Source: Felis catus (taxonomy: Eukaryota). Taken from it: a stretch of 64,000 nt of DNA. Positions 35,811 to 49,006 of this stretch are shown in pieces. The translations under genes were made by a program, and so were the position numbers. A model generated the notes under the pieces. The model did no database searches, had not been told where the DNA came from, and worked only from the letters and a program-made list of their open reading frames with translations. Position 1 is the first letter of the stretch; every line of letters starts with the position of its first letter. The stretch covers positions 125,986,001 through 126,050,000 of the forward strand of contig NC_058368.1 in assembly GCF_018350175.1 (NCBI RefSeq). The letters are read 5' to 3'.

Positions 35811-36075
35811 GGCAATATGGTATAGTGATAAAGAGCATAGATTTGGAGTAAGCCAGACAGAACTGGGTTCAAGGCCACCTCTTGCCCCTTCACCCAGCTG
35901 TGTGACTTGGGCAAGTTATCAATGTTGCTATCATGATTACAGTTACTACATCTCTTGGAGCCTCGTTTTCTTTATCTGTAAAGTATGGAATTGGTATAAA
36001 GATTAAAGGAAGTAAAGCATGCAAAATATTTAGCAGAGATCTGCAATGTAGCAAGTCCTCAATAAATGGTAGCTC
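35811..36075 (+). mobile_element. MIR SINE, near full length
   Basis: GGTATAGTGATAAAGAGCATAG..CTGGGTTCAAG..CAGCTGTGTGACTTGGGCAAGTTA..GAGCCTCGTTTTCTTTATCTGTAAA..CTCAATAAATGGTAGCT. Confidence 0.85.
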
Positions 36076-36489
36076 TTGTCATTAGGTAGTAGTTGATAGA
36101 GAAATAAAGAATGTTTAAATAATTTTTAAAAAAAGACTTTACTCACTAGAAACACTCTACTCTTTTTGTTTTAGGTAGTATCTTTATATAACATTTCATT
36201 CAATTTTACAGAAGTTAAGTTTTCTTTCTGGAAAACTGTTTCATTTCCCGTTTTCCCTAATGGATGAATTCTTTTTTTTCCCCTCTTTATGATAAATTAA
36301 ATAGAGGCAGCTGATAGGCATAGATCACTCTAACTTCCTTTGGAAACTACTTCAATGATTTCTAAAATGATAAAGGACCTGTAATGTACCTATAAATACA
36401 CTCATTAAGTCACAAATTGCTCATGGCAGCACAGGAAGTCTCAGTATACTGTCCAGGCATCTTCCTCCCCCAAACAGACATTTTCCCAA

Positions 36490-36596
36490 GGGTGCCCAAC
36501 CCGGATCCATTATCATAAGTACAGCTGGAACTGGAGTCATGAATCAGACAACAACTTTCCAGTTCCTCATCCTCTCAGAGTTCCTTTGGTGGGCAG
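36490..36596 (+). repeat. 107-bp direct repeat, copy 1
   Basis: GGGTGCCCAACC..TTTGGTGGGCAG; 104/107 identical to 38122-38228. Confidence 0.97.
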
Positions 36597-37307
36597 GTTT
36601 TCAAGCTGATGTGATAGGTCAGAACCCGGAATATTTACATTGAAAGAGATTAGTTTTTACCACTCTTCTGTTCCATGATCAGATTTGGGACACTGAACGA
36701 AGTCTCTCTTGACCAACAGAGGGCTCTGGTGAGTGGGTGGTACAGCCCCAGGCATTTCATCAGAAGGCATTTCACTTTGGCTCCTGTGTTTTACCTGGGG
36801 GTCTGCTCCTAATGTCTTGATAGTCAAAACAACCAGGATATTGGGATGCCATTGGTGGCTTTACTGTATTTAAGTTAGCCCCCAGATGACTGCACAATAG
36901 CAGAGGTAAAGTTTCTGACACCCCTACCTGAAGCAGGGGCAATCTTCAGATCGTTTGATCAAAAATATGGTGGCTGTTTTTCCTTTGTGGAATGATACCC
37001 AGCAGTGAAAATGTAAGCTGAATCAAGCTCTGAACTGAGAGTCGGCGGGAGGCTTCATAGCAAAATTATTTTTTTTAACCTTTTCATATTGTCTGTATTT
37101 CCCTCTTAATCCCTGCTGACTATATTTCCCTTTTGAGTTTTAGTAATTTTGCTGAGACCATTTCCATTTGTTTCTGCCCAAATCATTCAGGATCTCCAGT
37201 CCCCCAGCTTAGGTATTTAAATAATGTATTTCAGTGTTAGGTGGCAGAATACGCAAACACAGCTGTCTGCTCAGCAGCATCAGAGCAGATACTAGCCTCC
37301 ATAGCCT

Positions 37308-37333
37308 AAAAAAAAAAAAAAAAAAAAAAAAAA
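37308..37333. repeat. Poly(A) tract
   Basis: Run of about 26 A with no recognisable adjacent retroelement body. Confidence 0.9.
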
Positions 37334-38121
37334 CCTCATTAACACCCTCATGTTCCTTTAGGAACCATCCAGCCACCTCACTAATGGAAGGCTAGCTGGC
37401 AGCCACAGCTCACTGCTTTAACAAAAATGGTTTTCACAAGAAAATACAGTTCATGTGCCAAAGGGAAGTAATTCAATCCAAGTACAGAATAATCTCCTTC
37501 TGATACCTCATATTTATTTTCTCTGTGCCCTATTTGAACTTTTAATCATTTCCACAGAAGCAGAATTACTACCCACCATCATTCTTGGCTTTGCACTTAG
37601 AAACAGTTCCAGCACTCAAGGATTACCTGCGGGGTACATATTAAATTCCTGTTTTCACTTTCTTAATGGCATTCCATTATCTCTCCATTGTTCCTGGCTT
37701 TTGTGAAAGCAGAAGAGGCAAGGTGAGCCTAAACCTGTTCAGACCAGCAGCATCTTGTGAGGAAAGAGAAAATCTCCAGGGAAGGGTTTATTTGAGTCCC
37801 TTTAATGGCATATTAATTATATATGACCCTGACTGCAGTTTTGATGGCACTTTCTTTAGATAAATTATCAAGTGTTTATCCCTGGGGTTTGTGTTGTTTC
37901 TCTTGGAGAGAATCCACCAAGTGTCTGAAGTGACTCTAGGGTGACTCCCCTTGAACCTACCCTAACGTGAACCAGAGTTTGTACCTGATGGAACCTCAGA
38001 TGGAAGGGTTTTAATCCTCCTCATTGTTGGTTTTCTCCCTGAAGTTCTGTGTTCTTTCATTTGATGCTAATATCATCCTCATGCATTAGGATTAGCCTAA
38101 AGCTTTTCTATTAATTCCTAT

Positions 38122-38228
38122 GGGTGCCCAACCCAGATCCATTATCATAAGTACAGCTGGAACTGGAGTCATGCATCAGACAACAACTTTCCAGTTCCTC
38201 ATCCTCTCAGAGTTCTTTTGGTGGGCAG
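38122..38228 (+). repeat. 107-bp direct repeat, copy 2
   Basis: Same sequence as 36490-36596 with 3 substitutions. Confidence 0.97.
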
Positions 38229-39317
38229 AGAGAGGAAAATTTGGTTAAGACCTAACCTACTTTTTCATAAAGGATAAAAATTAATCTCTTCTAGTTTTGC
38301 ATTGTTCTGTTAGGAAACTTCCTTGTGCCTCAGTAGTTTCCTGCATCTTCCCTCTGTAATTTCAGTGAGGCTAGAGTTTGAAGGGAGACTGCTTAATTGT
38401 TTCGTATTCTTGGTAAGCTCTTTATACTAAGGGGTGATAAATACTTTTATCTTTCAAAAGTGAACAATTGTAGAAAGTAGTAGTTTTCTTGAGAACTGAA
38501 CAATACAATGTTTTATACTGGCAAATTTTAGATAGAAACTTTTCTAAACTGTATTGTGTACTTCCTTTTTAAATTACTCCATGCATGTTTCATTTTTTTT
38601 TTATCAATTTAAGCAATCATATGGACCTTGATTTTATTACTGTGTCTTAAGACACAATGGCCTTGGGAATTATTGAGCGGTTGATGGCTATTTGCTCATA
38701 TACCAGTGGTCCCATCCTGCTAGGCTTTTGCCATCTTTTGTTTGGCTTTTGTAAACTTTCTTCATTGCTTTTAGTGTTTGCTTTCACCTCTTGATGTGCT
38801 ATTGATATCCCTAAGGGTCCTCAACTAATAAAATACATGAACTCTATTGCATGGACGTGAAGGCACATATTTTGACTATTCTTTCCCTTGAGAACACTGG
38901 ATTCATTTGAGCTCCCTGTCCCATGTACAACTATGATAAGTGTTACTCTGCCCTTGAAAGAAATCTTTCAAATGAATAGGTCAGATGGTGGGACACGATG
39001 TATTTGTTTACTATGTCACTTTAATAAATAAAATAAAATACAGAGAAGCAAACACGTATTTCCTGTAATAATGAATGGGCTACATTTGAAATTTTATATT
39101 TTTAAAGACTTTATATGAGAACTAAGGTCAAGATTTTTTTGTTAAAAATGCATATTCCTGAACACACTCTATACCTTCTAGGTCAGAATTTCCAGAGGTA
39201 GAGTTCTGGATTTTTAAACAAACAAACAAGATCATTCTGAGACAGACACACATGTACACATGCACAGTGATGTGGGACTATGCTCTGCAAAATATTGAGT
39301 ATGGGTTATCATAATAA

Positions 39318-39522
39318 TATTTTTAATGTTTTATTTATTTTTGAGACAGAGAGAGAGTGCAAGCAGGGGAGAGGCAGAGGGCAAGTGGCACAGAGGATCC
39401 TAAGCTGGCTCTGCACTGATAGCAGCGACCAGAGCCTGAAGTGGGGCTCAAACTCACAAACCATGAGATCATGACCTGAGCCAAAGTTGGACACTCAACT
39501 GACTGAGCCACCCAAGTACCCC
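39318..39522 (-). mobile_element. Can-SINE
   Basis: Reverse head CTGACTGAGCCACCCAAGTACCCC, GA-rich linker, T tail. Confidence 0.92.
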
Positions 39523-39809
39523 ATCATTATAGTAATTATTAATGTGCTGTTGAAGCCTAGCGATTCTGGTTTTCAGAAAATTTTACCTGATAAACAATTT
39601 CTTGATAGTTCTTTCATCATCCTGAATCTTAAAGTTAGAAAAGTCCTATGAGACAAAAGTTATCTCGGGGTCAAAAAAGTGTTTCAGTAGATGTTTTTAC
39701 TCTCAAGATTCTAAATGGGGTGCAGAGTATCTGTGAACTTCTTAAAAGTGCAAGCAAAAAAATTTTGTATGTATATATGTTTTCAGGAAGAGAGTTGATA
39801 ACCAAATTT

Positions 39810-39985
39810 CTGTCCCCATTTTAGAGATTAAGAAACTAAGGCCTAGAGAGATTAAGGAACTAGCCCCTTGGGAGTTAAGAAATAAGTCGTTCTTACCCTG
39901 AGTAGTTAAGGAACTTCTTAGATGCATAGAACTAGCATCCCAAAGTTATGTGTGTCTGATTCCAAATGCATGCTGTTTTTCACTC
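39810..39985 (-). mobile_element. MIR SINE
   Basis: CCCCATTTTAGAGATTAAGAAACTAAGGCCTAGAGAGATTAAG, reverse MIR core. Confidence 0.7.
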
Positions 39986-40566
39986 AAGCTCAGGGCCTCT
40001 TCAGTTACTTGAAATTCTTCCTTTCATTATTCTTGGAGGACTTGCCTGATTTTTCCATGAGGCTGTCCTTCCCATAGTCTTGATCATTCTTATTAGCTTT
40101 GTTTACCACCTGTCTTAATATCCTAATCATAATGTAATCAAAGTTCTTATTCTAGTTCTCTGTCCTATTTTATCTCATTTTGTGTCCAGTTATTGCTAAC
40201 TCCATTTCTCCAAGATGGTTTCTCTAAGATTATTAGATAATAATCACAGAAAATGCAAATGTATTAAGTGGGCTGAGGGAAGCCCACTTCCCCATTTTCC
40301 CGTGTTATGTCTTTTTAGCTTATCTGGAAGAGCATCTGAAACATTTAGGAAATTTAAACCACCATCTCAGTGAAGCCAACTTAATTTCTGCCTAGCAACA
40401 GGGAGCAGGATTTCTTGCCAGTGGCTTTGTTTGTCTCACACAAGTGTCTACTCATTTAAGAGACAACCAGTCCACTGGGTTGAGTCATTATTTTTTTTAT
40501 AATAATTATTTCTTATTATTCATCTAAGTTGGACACTTCCCTCCCACACATGGCCTGTTAATATTC

Positions 40567-40797
40567 TTTTTATTTTTTTTTCCTAACGTTTGTTTATTTT
40601 GAGAGAGAGAGAAAGAGTACGTGTGTGTGAGTTAGGGAGGGGCAGAGAGAGAGGGAGACACAGAATACAAAGCAGGCTCCACGCTCTGAGCTGTCATGAC
40701 AGCACAGAGTCCGACACAGGGATCAAACTCACGGATCACTAGATCATGACCTGAGCCGAAATCAGACGCTTAACTGACTGAGCCACCCAGGAGCTCC
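40567..40797 (-). mobile_element. Felid Can-SINE
   Basis: Reverse SINE; imperfect TSD GGCCTGTTAATATT / GACCTGGTAATATT. Confidence 0.93.
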
Positions 40798-41643
40798 TGA
40801 CCTGGTAATATTTTAATCTACAGCAGGTGTTGGAACTCTCCAACTCCTACATAAAGTCCAGGAATAGCCAAAGGGAAAGAGAAGAAATGAGAGATGTTGC
40901 TAGGGGATACTTGGGTGACAGGGAAGAGACCTTGCGAGACCAACAAAAGCAGGAGTGCTGCTTTTGTTCAGTGTAAGACTTTTTTTTAGATATCTGCTAC
41001 ATGCTGTGTGCATGGCTAAGAGCTAGGGATGCAGACATGGTTAAGAAAAAGTGTATGTTCTCACAAAGGTCAGCATTGAATTGAGGAGACACAGGCATAT
41101 AGACAAGAAGATGGCTGCAGTTTGCCTATGCATTAGGGACACTCTTAGGGATGAAGAACAGGAACAGCTGGTATCATGGAAGATAAAGGAAGCAACTAGG
41201 CTGACTTGAGATTTTCTCCTCACTAATCACCACTCAGAGTTAAATTTCCAAAGGGCTTGAGGGCTTTCACCATCTAGAGTTGCTCCTCTGAAGAGGCTGA
41301 GAATACATCAATCTGTCATTGCAGTCTACTAGAGACATGCCGTACAGCCTAGAGGAATTAGGAATCAGTCTCTTCCAGAAATCTTATGATCTGCAACTCT
41401 GTCCCTGGTTGAAATGAGAACAGACTCCAGAGAATAATATTCCTGGGAATATACACTCACAATAAAAAGAAAGAGCATAGGTGAAGAAATCTATGGCCAG
41501 ATTGAAGTTTTTCCCTGAAATACGCTGTTGAATTAGCTGGACTTTCCTGCTGAGGTTTTCTTCCTGAAATATATTCGAATCATTGCTTCAAATGTTTTAT
41601 ATCATACTTGGCCACAATCATAGTATTAAACCAATTAGATTCA

Positions 41644-41858
41644 GGGCGCCTGGGTGGCGCAGTCGGTTGAGTGTCCGACTTCAGCCAGGTCACGATCTCG
41701 CGGTCCATGAGTTCGAGCCCCGCGTCAGGCTCTGGGCTGACGGCTCGGAGCCTGGAGCCTGTTTCTGATTCTGTGTCTCCCTCTCTCTCTGCCCCTCCCC
41801 CGTTCATGCTCTGTCTCTCTCTGTCCCAAAAATAAATAAAAAAACGTTGAAAAAAAAA
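41644..41858 (+). mobile_element. Young SINEC_Fc-type SINE
   Basis: CpG-rich; TSD AAACCAATTAGATTCA at 41628-41643 and 41866-41881. Confidence 0.97.
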
Positions 41859-42085
41859 GTATTTAAAACCAATTAGATTCATGTAAACCAATTTAAATGT
41901 AGTTGGGCAACTAAACAATCAATCTTACACCAATTTGTTAACATTGCACTAAAAACGTAAGGATATTAAATGAAATACATTTTGTGAACATCACTTTTGC
42001 AAAGGCTATTCCAAAAATTTCAGTCAACTCTATACCCTTCTTTTTTTGGAAGATCTCAAAATAAAACAGCTTAAAATCTACAGGG

Positions 42086-42111
42086 GTGTGTGTGTGTGTG
42101 TGTGTGTGTGT
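42086..42111. repeat. (TG)n microsatellite
   Basis: Visible run. Confidence 0.9.
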
Positions 42112-42699
42112 ATGCATATATGTGTGTATAATATTATAAATATCAGCCTTCTTTTTTGAAATCATATATAAGACAGCTAGCAGGTAATAGGTTTAATTCC
42201 AGGTGTTAGACTATAGATGGAAATAGCATGGGCTTCCTACCTTCTAAGAGCTAGGGAGGGGAGACCGGCAAACACCCACTCATGAAAGTACTGTAATCAT
42301 GGCTGTAAACATGGAAAATATGGAATATTTTAGGAGTTCAGAGTGGCAAGTGACTACTTGTCAGAAGGAGGTATGGGCAAAGATGGCGGTGGCCTACAGG
42401 TTTGAATGTTAAGTAGAAAGTAGTTTGATATGATCGGGTCCACATTAGCTACGAAGGACAAGAGAATAAAAAAAATGTGAACACTTTAAATACTTAAAAA
42501 TAATTTTTCGGTATAAGGGTTAACAAATAGTATGTTCTACTTCATCTGTTTGGAATATAATATAAAAAGAGACTTACTTTTGAGGCTTAAATAATAATGA
42601 TTCTGATTCCCCTACTTTCCCAGGATGATAGGAGTCTTCTACAATTTCTCTGCTGAAGCGGTGTCTGACATTTCCTGAAGAATTTGCACATGTAAACTC

Positions 42700-43345
42700 A
42701 GTGGGTATTTATTGAGCTCTTGCTGCATGCCAGACACTGGTCAGACACTGCGGATAGAGATAATGCCCTGCTTTCAGAGAGTTTGCATTCTATGGGGGAG
42801 AAGCAGTCAATAACCCAACAGACCAACAGACTGATCAGTAAACAAACATCAAAGAAATAAATAAATAACAAGGAAATATAAGTGTTGTGCCAGAATTAAA
42901 TTTGGGTGACCAAACAGTGACAGGGGGCAGTCACTGTCAGGCATTGCTTTCAGAGGGCAGATATTTGAGCTGAGGTCTGAATGCCTTTTAGAAGGAAGGT
43001 CCTGTTGGCTGGAGTACATGAGAGAGGTTGAAAGAAAGGGAGGGGGAGCAGGGAGAGTCCTGCAGAGCTTGGTGGCAATTTGGATTTGGGTGTTCTTGTG
43101 ATGGGAAATCGTTAGCCCCTTGTAAGTAGGGGAGTGGTGTGATTTGATTAACAGCTTTAAGAGATTCGTCTGTATAGAAAAAAGAATGTAGCTGCAAGGG
43201 TGAGCAGCTAAGAGCTTTGATACTGGTTTAGGTGACACGCAAAGAGGACTTGAAAAGTATGTACCCATGGGAATATGTTTGTGAGGTGGCATTGATTACA
43301 CCTGGATAGGGTCTGGAAGGGGAATTGGAAGTGACTTTTAGGTGG
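42700..43345 (-). mobile_element. L2 LINE fragment
   Basis: TATTTATTGAGC..ATGCCAGACACTG..GCCCTGCTTTCAGAGAGTTTGCATTCTA..ATATTTGAGCTGAGGTCTGAATG. Confidence 0.8.
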
Positions 43346-44786
43346 TCCCACCAAGACCACATTGCTGTTAAGGCTCTGAAACTTTGTGGCCTCAAGGACT
43401 TCCAGGTTACCTTATCCAGTCAGGCAAATGGCTTTTCCTGTATGCTTCCTCCCTTGACAGCGACTCACTCCAAGCATAGAAACTATCTTCATCTTTAACA
43501 ATCCAAATGCCCACAGTCTGTTACTAAAGACATTACTGAAAGGTTCCACACTGTTAACATCTTCCCAGACTCAGAGTTCCTATCTGAAGATCAGGTCCAG
43601 GGGTTACCTTTCTCTTCTGACCCAAATGGAAATCTTTGTTCTCCTATATCAGAGTCCAGAGACCCTGCATTCCTTCTCCACCACATAGATGACATTTTGT
43701 CTCACCCTGATGCCGGATGATTAACAGGGAAAAATTCTTTCCTGCATGAGAATCTTGTGTGTTCATCTACAACATTTAGTTAGAACTTTTCTACCAGGAA
43801 ACAGCAGTTAAAATAGTAGATCCAAAGTCTGGATGATTTTTCTGAAAAAGGCCTATTATAAGGTACTTAGAACCAAATTTACATACATATTTGTGGGCAA
43901 GTGTTATTTAATTATAAAGTACATCTCAATTTTTATTGTAAAACCCAATGTTTAACACTATTCTGCAGCATCTGTATGTAGGTTTACGGCCACTTTGTTA
44001 AATTCTCACAGAGTAATGGGTAGGAATTTATTTTATGCTTTTGACTAAAGTTTTTATTTAATGGTGTTCTCAACAGTTTAATTTGATTTGGAACAAAAAA
44101 ATTCTTCTCTAAAAGTAATGGTTTCTATTGAGAAACCATTGTAGAAGCCAATTTTAATGATTCTTATTTGGCAGTTTTCCACAAATGAAACAATAAATTA
44201 ATTTAAAATTACACTCCTTTGATTGTTCTTCCACTTATAATTTCTATACCTCCATCAAAGGGGGAATGGAGAAGAAGAAGACAATATGCTATAGGGTGTG
44301 ATAAGTGGAGATTCTGTCGTTCAGATGTGATCCAGAGAAGTGGTTTTGTTGAAGATTTGAGGGGGTTGAGAGGGTGCCAGGGAGCTAGTGCATTAAAAAT
44401 AACTGAGGAGATTTTTCTAGTTGATGTGGCTCCCTGTCTTTCTTGGAAACCACTCATTTATAGTCAGCAATATAATGTAAAAGGCACAAGCACATTAAAT
44501 TGTGCAAAACCACCTTTATAAATTCTAATCATGAAAGAATGAGTCATGGAACTGAGGCACCAGTTGGTTTACATGTGACACATAATTTACATAATAACTG
44601 ATTTCAATACCTATATGGAGGCCTTTGACTACATGAGAAATGGAGATTCTTATAAATAGTCATCTTTGCACATTTTGTGCCTTTTAAATATGGGAGACAA
44701 CTAAAATATTATTAATAAGTTCAAATAATGTGCCTCTATGAAGAATAAGGAATATATACATATCAAATTTAAAATTTAAGATTCTC

Positions 44787-45022
44787 GGGATGCCTGTGTG
44801 ACTCAGTCAGTTAAGCATCTGACTCCTGATATCAGCTCAGGTCTGCTTTCGGGGTCCTGAGATCAAGCCCTGCATTGGGCTCTGTGCTGACAGGGCAGAG
44901 CCTACTTGGGATTCTCTCTCTCTCTCCCTTTCTCTCTGCCCCTCCTCCAGTCATGCACACACATACACACACACACTTTCTCTCACACACACACAACAAA
45001 TAAATAAACTTTATATTAAAAA
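44787..45022 (+). mobile_element. Can-SINE, first of three in tandem
   Basis: GGGATGCCTGTGTGACTCAGTCAG head; CT/CA linker; A tail. Confidence 0.9.
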
Positions 45023-45035
45023 GCAGGGGGGTATT

Positions 45036-45257
45036 GGGGCACCTGGGTGGCTTAGTAGGTTAAGCGTCTGACATCGACTCAGGTCATGATCTCATGGTTT
45101 GTGAGTTCAAGCTGCTCCTCTGGCTCTGTGCTGATAGCTCAGAGCCTGGAGCCTACTTCAAGTTCTATTTCTCCCTCTTTCTGCCCCTCCCTCACTCACA
45201 CTCTGTCTGTTTCTCTCTCTCAAAAATAAATAAACATTAAAAATTTTTTTTAAAAAA
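45036..45257 (+). mobile_element. Can-SINE, second of three in tandem
   Basis: GGGGCACCTGGGTGGCTTAG head; tail AAAAATAAATAAACATTAAAAA. Confidence 0.93.
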
Positions 45258-45259
45258 TG

Positions 45260-45478
45260 GGGGTTCTCCTAGGTGGTTCAGTTGGTTAAGCATTTGACTC
45301 TTTGACTCTTGATTTCTGCTCAGGTAATGATCTCATGGGTTCCTGAGTTCTGGTCTTGTGTTGGGCTCTGAGCTGACAGCACAGAGCCTGCTCAGGATTC
45401 TCTTTCTCTCTATCTCTCTGCCCCACCCCTGCTCACATACTCTCTCTCTCAAAATAAACATTTAAAATAAAATAAAAT
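45260..45478 (+). mobile_element. Can-SINE, third of three in tandem
   Basis: GGGTTCTCCTAGGTGGTTCAGTTGG head; internal TTTGACTC duplication; A tail. Confidence 0.9.
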
Positions 45479-48400
45479 GTAAAGTTTTCACTTAATGTTT
45501 CATTTTCCTTGGATGTTGGCTGTCCTTTATCTTAAAACAGGATCTCAGAACAAAAAAGAAAAAGGAAATCCTCAGGGCCAATCATGATGTTGCTGAGGTG
45601 GGACAGATGGCTCTTAGGTGTGGTTTCTCGAGCCCACTGGAACATGTTCTGTCCTTTCCTCTGTTCTTCCCTTTCCATTATATCCACTCTGTCTTCCTCT
45701 GTTTCACTCTGTCACACACAATTACCTTTAACAAACTGAAAAATAAAAAAAGTATCAATGAGGTTTCAGAGGCTCTGATACTGAAATATTGGCAAATGCT
45801 CTCAGCAAATTGTAGCAAATTCTCTGTGCCACGAAAAAAGACCTTTAGTGAGCATAACTTTGAAAGATGTGTGAAGTAATGAGAAAGCACACTTGAACGT
45901 ACCTTTGTTTATTATCATTGTCTGAGTACACTGGGTCTTGATTTTTTAAAATAGTTTTCAAAGGAATCTCATAATAGCATTCATTGAGTAGACAATATTC
46001 TTCACACTTCTACCCCAAGTATGTTTCCATCAAAGGCTCCATAAGCTATCTTACCACTTAATCTAACTCTTTATCTAAGTTCAGAACTTTAGTTCATGTG
46101 GAGACACAGATAAGGTAGCCCAGGAATGGTTTCCGGATTTCTTGAGCATCCATTTTGACTTCTTTCACCTCATGATTCTTAGGCATTATTATGCCCTCTG
46201 GCTCATTCTTCTTCCCATAGTTAAAGCAAGATGACACTTCTAATCTGAGAAGCCATCCGGGAAGCCAACTTGTTTACTCTTAGAGTGATCCTTCTAGATT
46301 CTGACTTTGAACCCCCCCCTCCACCTGCTTAACTCTCTGACCTTGCCTTTTTCTTTCTAGTATACATGCTCCAGTACTCTTGCCTTCCTTCCCCATTGCA
46401 ACACCAGGTACTTAGTTAAGCATTTGATTCCTAGCAGAAAATTACTTGCTTTCCTCAGAGCTCAGCGTTCTGCTTGATAGAATTGTATCTCTAGCTACAC
46501 TGGTTGATTTGGTGTTCACTGTGGTTCCCAGCTTCCCTAGCATTTCTTGCTTTATCTATGAATCACGTATAAAGACTCCCAGGGTAGGGACTCTACCCAT
46601 GTTTTCTGAAATAATTTTTGAAAACTTCCCTCATCTTTCAGCACGGACTACTACATGCGAGGGAAGCTTCATTTTGCCCCCTATTTAAAATAGAAAAACA
46701 ATTTTCTGCAAACCAAATTTGTTCTATTGAAGTTCATTTTCTTTGTTAATTTTTGATGACATATGTTTATTTCTAATTTAAAAATGAGAGGAGAGTACAT
46801 AATATTCTGAGAAAGTTTAAAATACCACCACTTTGTTCCCGAGAGCTTTCTCAGCTTTCTGTAGTATTATGGATACATTAGGTTTCTAAATTGATGTTCT
46901 GGATTCCATATTTCTGTCAGAGCAAACTTACCTTGGGGAAAATCCTTAACATCTGACTTCATGGGCCTAACCAAGCGAGGAGCCAGGTGAATAGCCAAAT
47001 GAATCACAGCATGCCTGTGGTACTGTGTCAACAAAATGCGGTCCACTTGGCTTCTGCTTACACACACTTCCTCTGGTGCAAATGGACACGATGATGCCAT
47101 TCTGGCTGCAAGGCCAGGCAGTTGTATGATAAAAAGCATTCATGAATATTTTAATCTCATTAGCCAGCAACTCCACATAGTCTACCATCTGGTAGAAACA
47201 GAAATCCTGGAGTATTACTCACTATCAAGGAAAGGTCCTAGGGTCACTCAGCTTAAATCATAGAGGTACCCTGAGGTCAAGGACAAAGAGGTGATGAGTC
47301 AAATTGCTTTCTAGTCTGCCAAAGTTCTGAATATGGAAAATCCAGTGATGCCAATCCATGGGCTGAGTAACGTGAAGGGATTTGAAGAACTTTAGAATAA
47401 GCAAGTTATTTGTTAATATTGCCTTCCTTCTCTCAGGCAAAATAGAATAACCAATGCAAACACAAGTCTTTGCACATCATCAGGTTCAACTCATAAGTAG
47501 AAATTTTCTGGTACACTAGCCCTACATTTAGATAACCCTAAAATTTGGCAATCTATAATCAGGTGAGTTGCAGTCATGGTTAAGTGCGCTAATATCATTA
47601 CTCCCAAAATTTGCAGTGAGTTTTCTATAGACTTCTTTGTAGATATATTCCTTTAAACTATTTTGCATATTACAAAGGATTATGTCATGATTAAATGACA
47701 TAAAAATGAATTTGAATTTTGGTGGATGATATTATATGGTAACCTTGCCTTTATGACACTTGATTTTTAACTTGCATGTAAAACAAAACAAAACAAAAGG
47801 CTACCTGGGACTTTGCAAATTCCCTGGAAATAGATAAGAGGAAAGCACATTCATCAGCTATAAATCTGCTTTCCCTTAGAATCTTCCCCCAACTCAAAAA
47901 CAAAAATAAAAGTCTAAAAATACAAATTTTGTTGCCAATATTTTTCTAGTTTTATAACAATTTAATAGCATAGCTAAATGAGTTTAAGTCTTCATTGAGA
48001 GTATTTATCAAAAATGACTAGAAAGATAAATCACATTTCAAAGGAGTGATGTTTGCTTTGCTTTCTCAAGTTCAGGCCCATGATCCAAGGTATTCTAAGT
48101 AAGCTACACTATCAATGCAGTCCAGGGAAATTTGCCCCAGACTTGATAAAGAAACTGAATTTTAACTGAGGTCTTCTTCTCCAGAAAAGTTGTTCCATGA
48201 CCACAAAGGTTTGAGCAGTAGAAGAAGGAGGTTAGGTGTGGAAGAACAGTTCAGGTTCCTTTAGAGCCTAAGATTTAATACTCTTCAGGTGGGATGGCAG
48301 GGTTGGGCCTGGCGAGGGCTGCTGGGGCCTTGCTGAGAAGGAGAATTTGCTATGGTCAGAGATGGATTGTTGGCAGATATGGGTGAGGACAATGGACAAA

Positions 48401-49006
48401 CGGGTGATTTACTACTTCTGTCCCTGCCCCCAGAATCTCAAAAATACTTTTGTGACAAACCCACTTTTCTCCAAATCAGAGGAGCACAAAAATGTTGGAG
48501 AAAGAGATAATTTGTTTATGTGCCTTCCACTAAAATTCTTCAAGTCCAAGGGGCTCTCTGTGTGTGGTCTTGCAGAAAAAGGCAATGTGGCTGAATTGGA
48601 CAGCCAAAAAAGATTAATGGTGGTCAAATAAACTCTCTGGGGGACAAAAAAACCAACCAACCAAACAAAAAACATAAAACAAGATAAGACTCAAACAGGT
48701 CTCAATATTCTTGTTGTAGAAGGTGAATAGTAAAGTGTGAACAAGAAAAAACAGTTTCAGTTCAAATGTATCTCAAAGGTTAAATGCTTCAATCATATTA
48801 ACTCTCTAACTTAAAGATACTTTCTCATAAAATGACAATAATTTTTTCCCCTTTACAGTAGCAAAAATAACTTTTTTTTGTTTTTTTCGCTTGTACCTCT
48901 ACCTGGTATAGGCTTGGGTCCAGAAGAGAAGATAAATTATTTGTCTACCTATTTAGGTTTTTGATCAGGGGCCATATTTCATAAAAGACCTTTGTTGTCC
49001 TTTTTT

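Noticed and set aside
36490..38228. The 107-bp repeats as LTRs of a small retroelement or as CRISPR-like repeats
   Set aside because: No TG..CA ends, TSD, PBS/PPT or poly(A) signal; only two copies, in a mammalian genome.
42380..42389. YY1-like AAGATGGCGG
   Set aside because: Single short motif with no CpG island or promoter context.
44209..44521. Overlapping 82-100 aa ORFs in unique DNA (similarly 22157, 31008, 46867, 48347, 55547)
   Set aside because: No recognisable domain or splice structure; lengths are in the range expected by chance with alternative starts.
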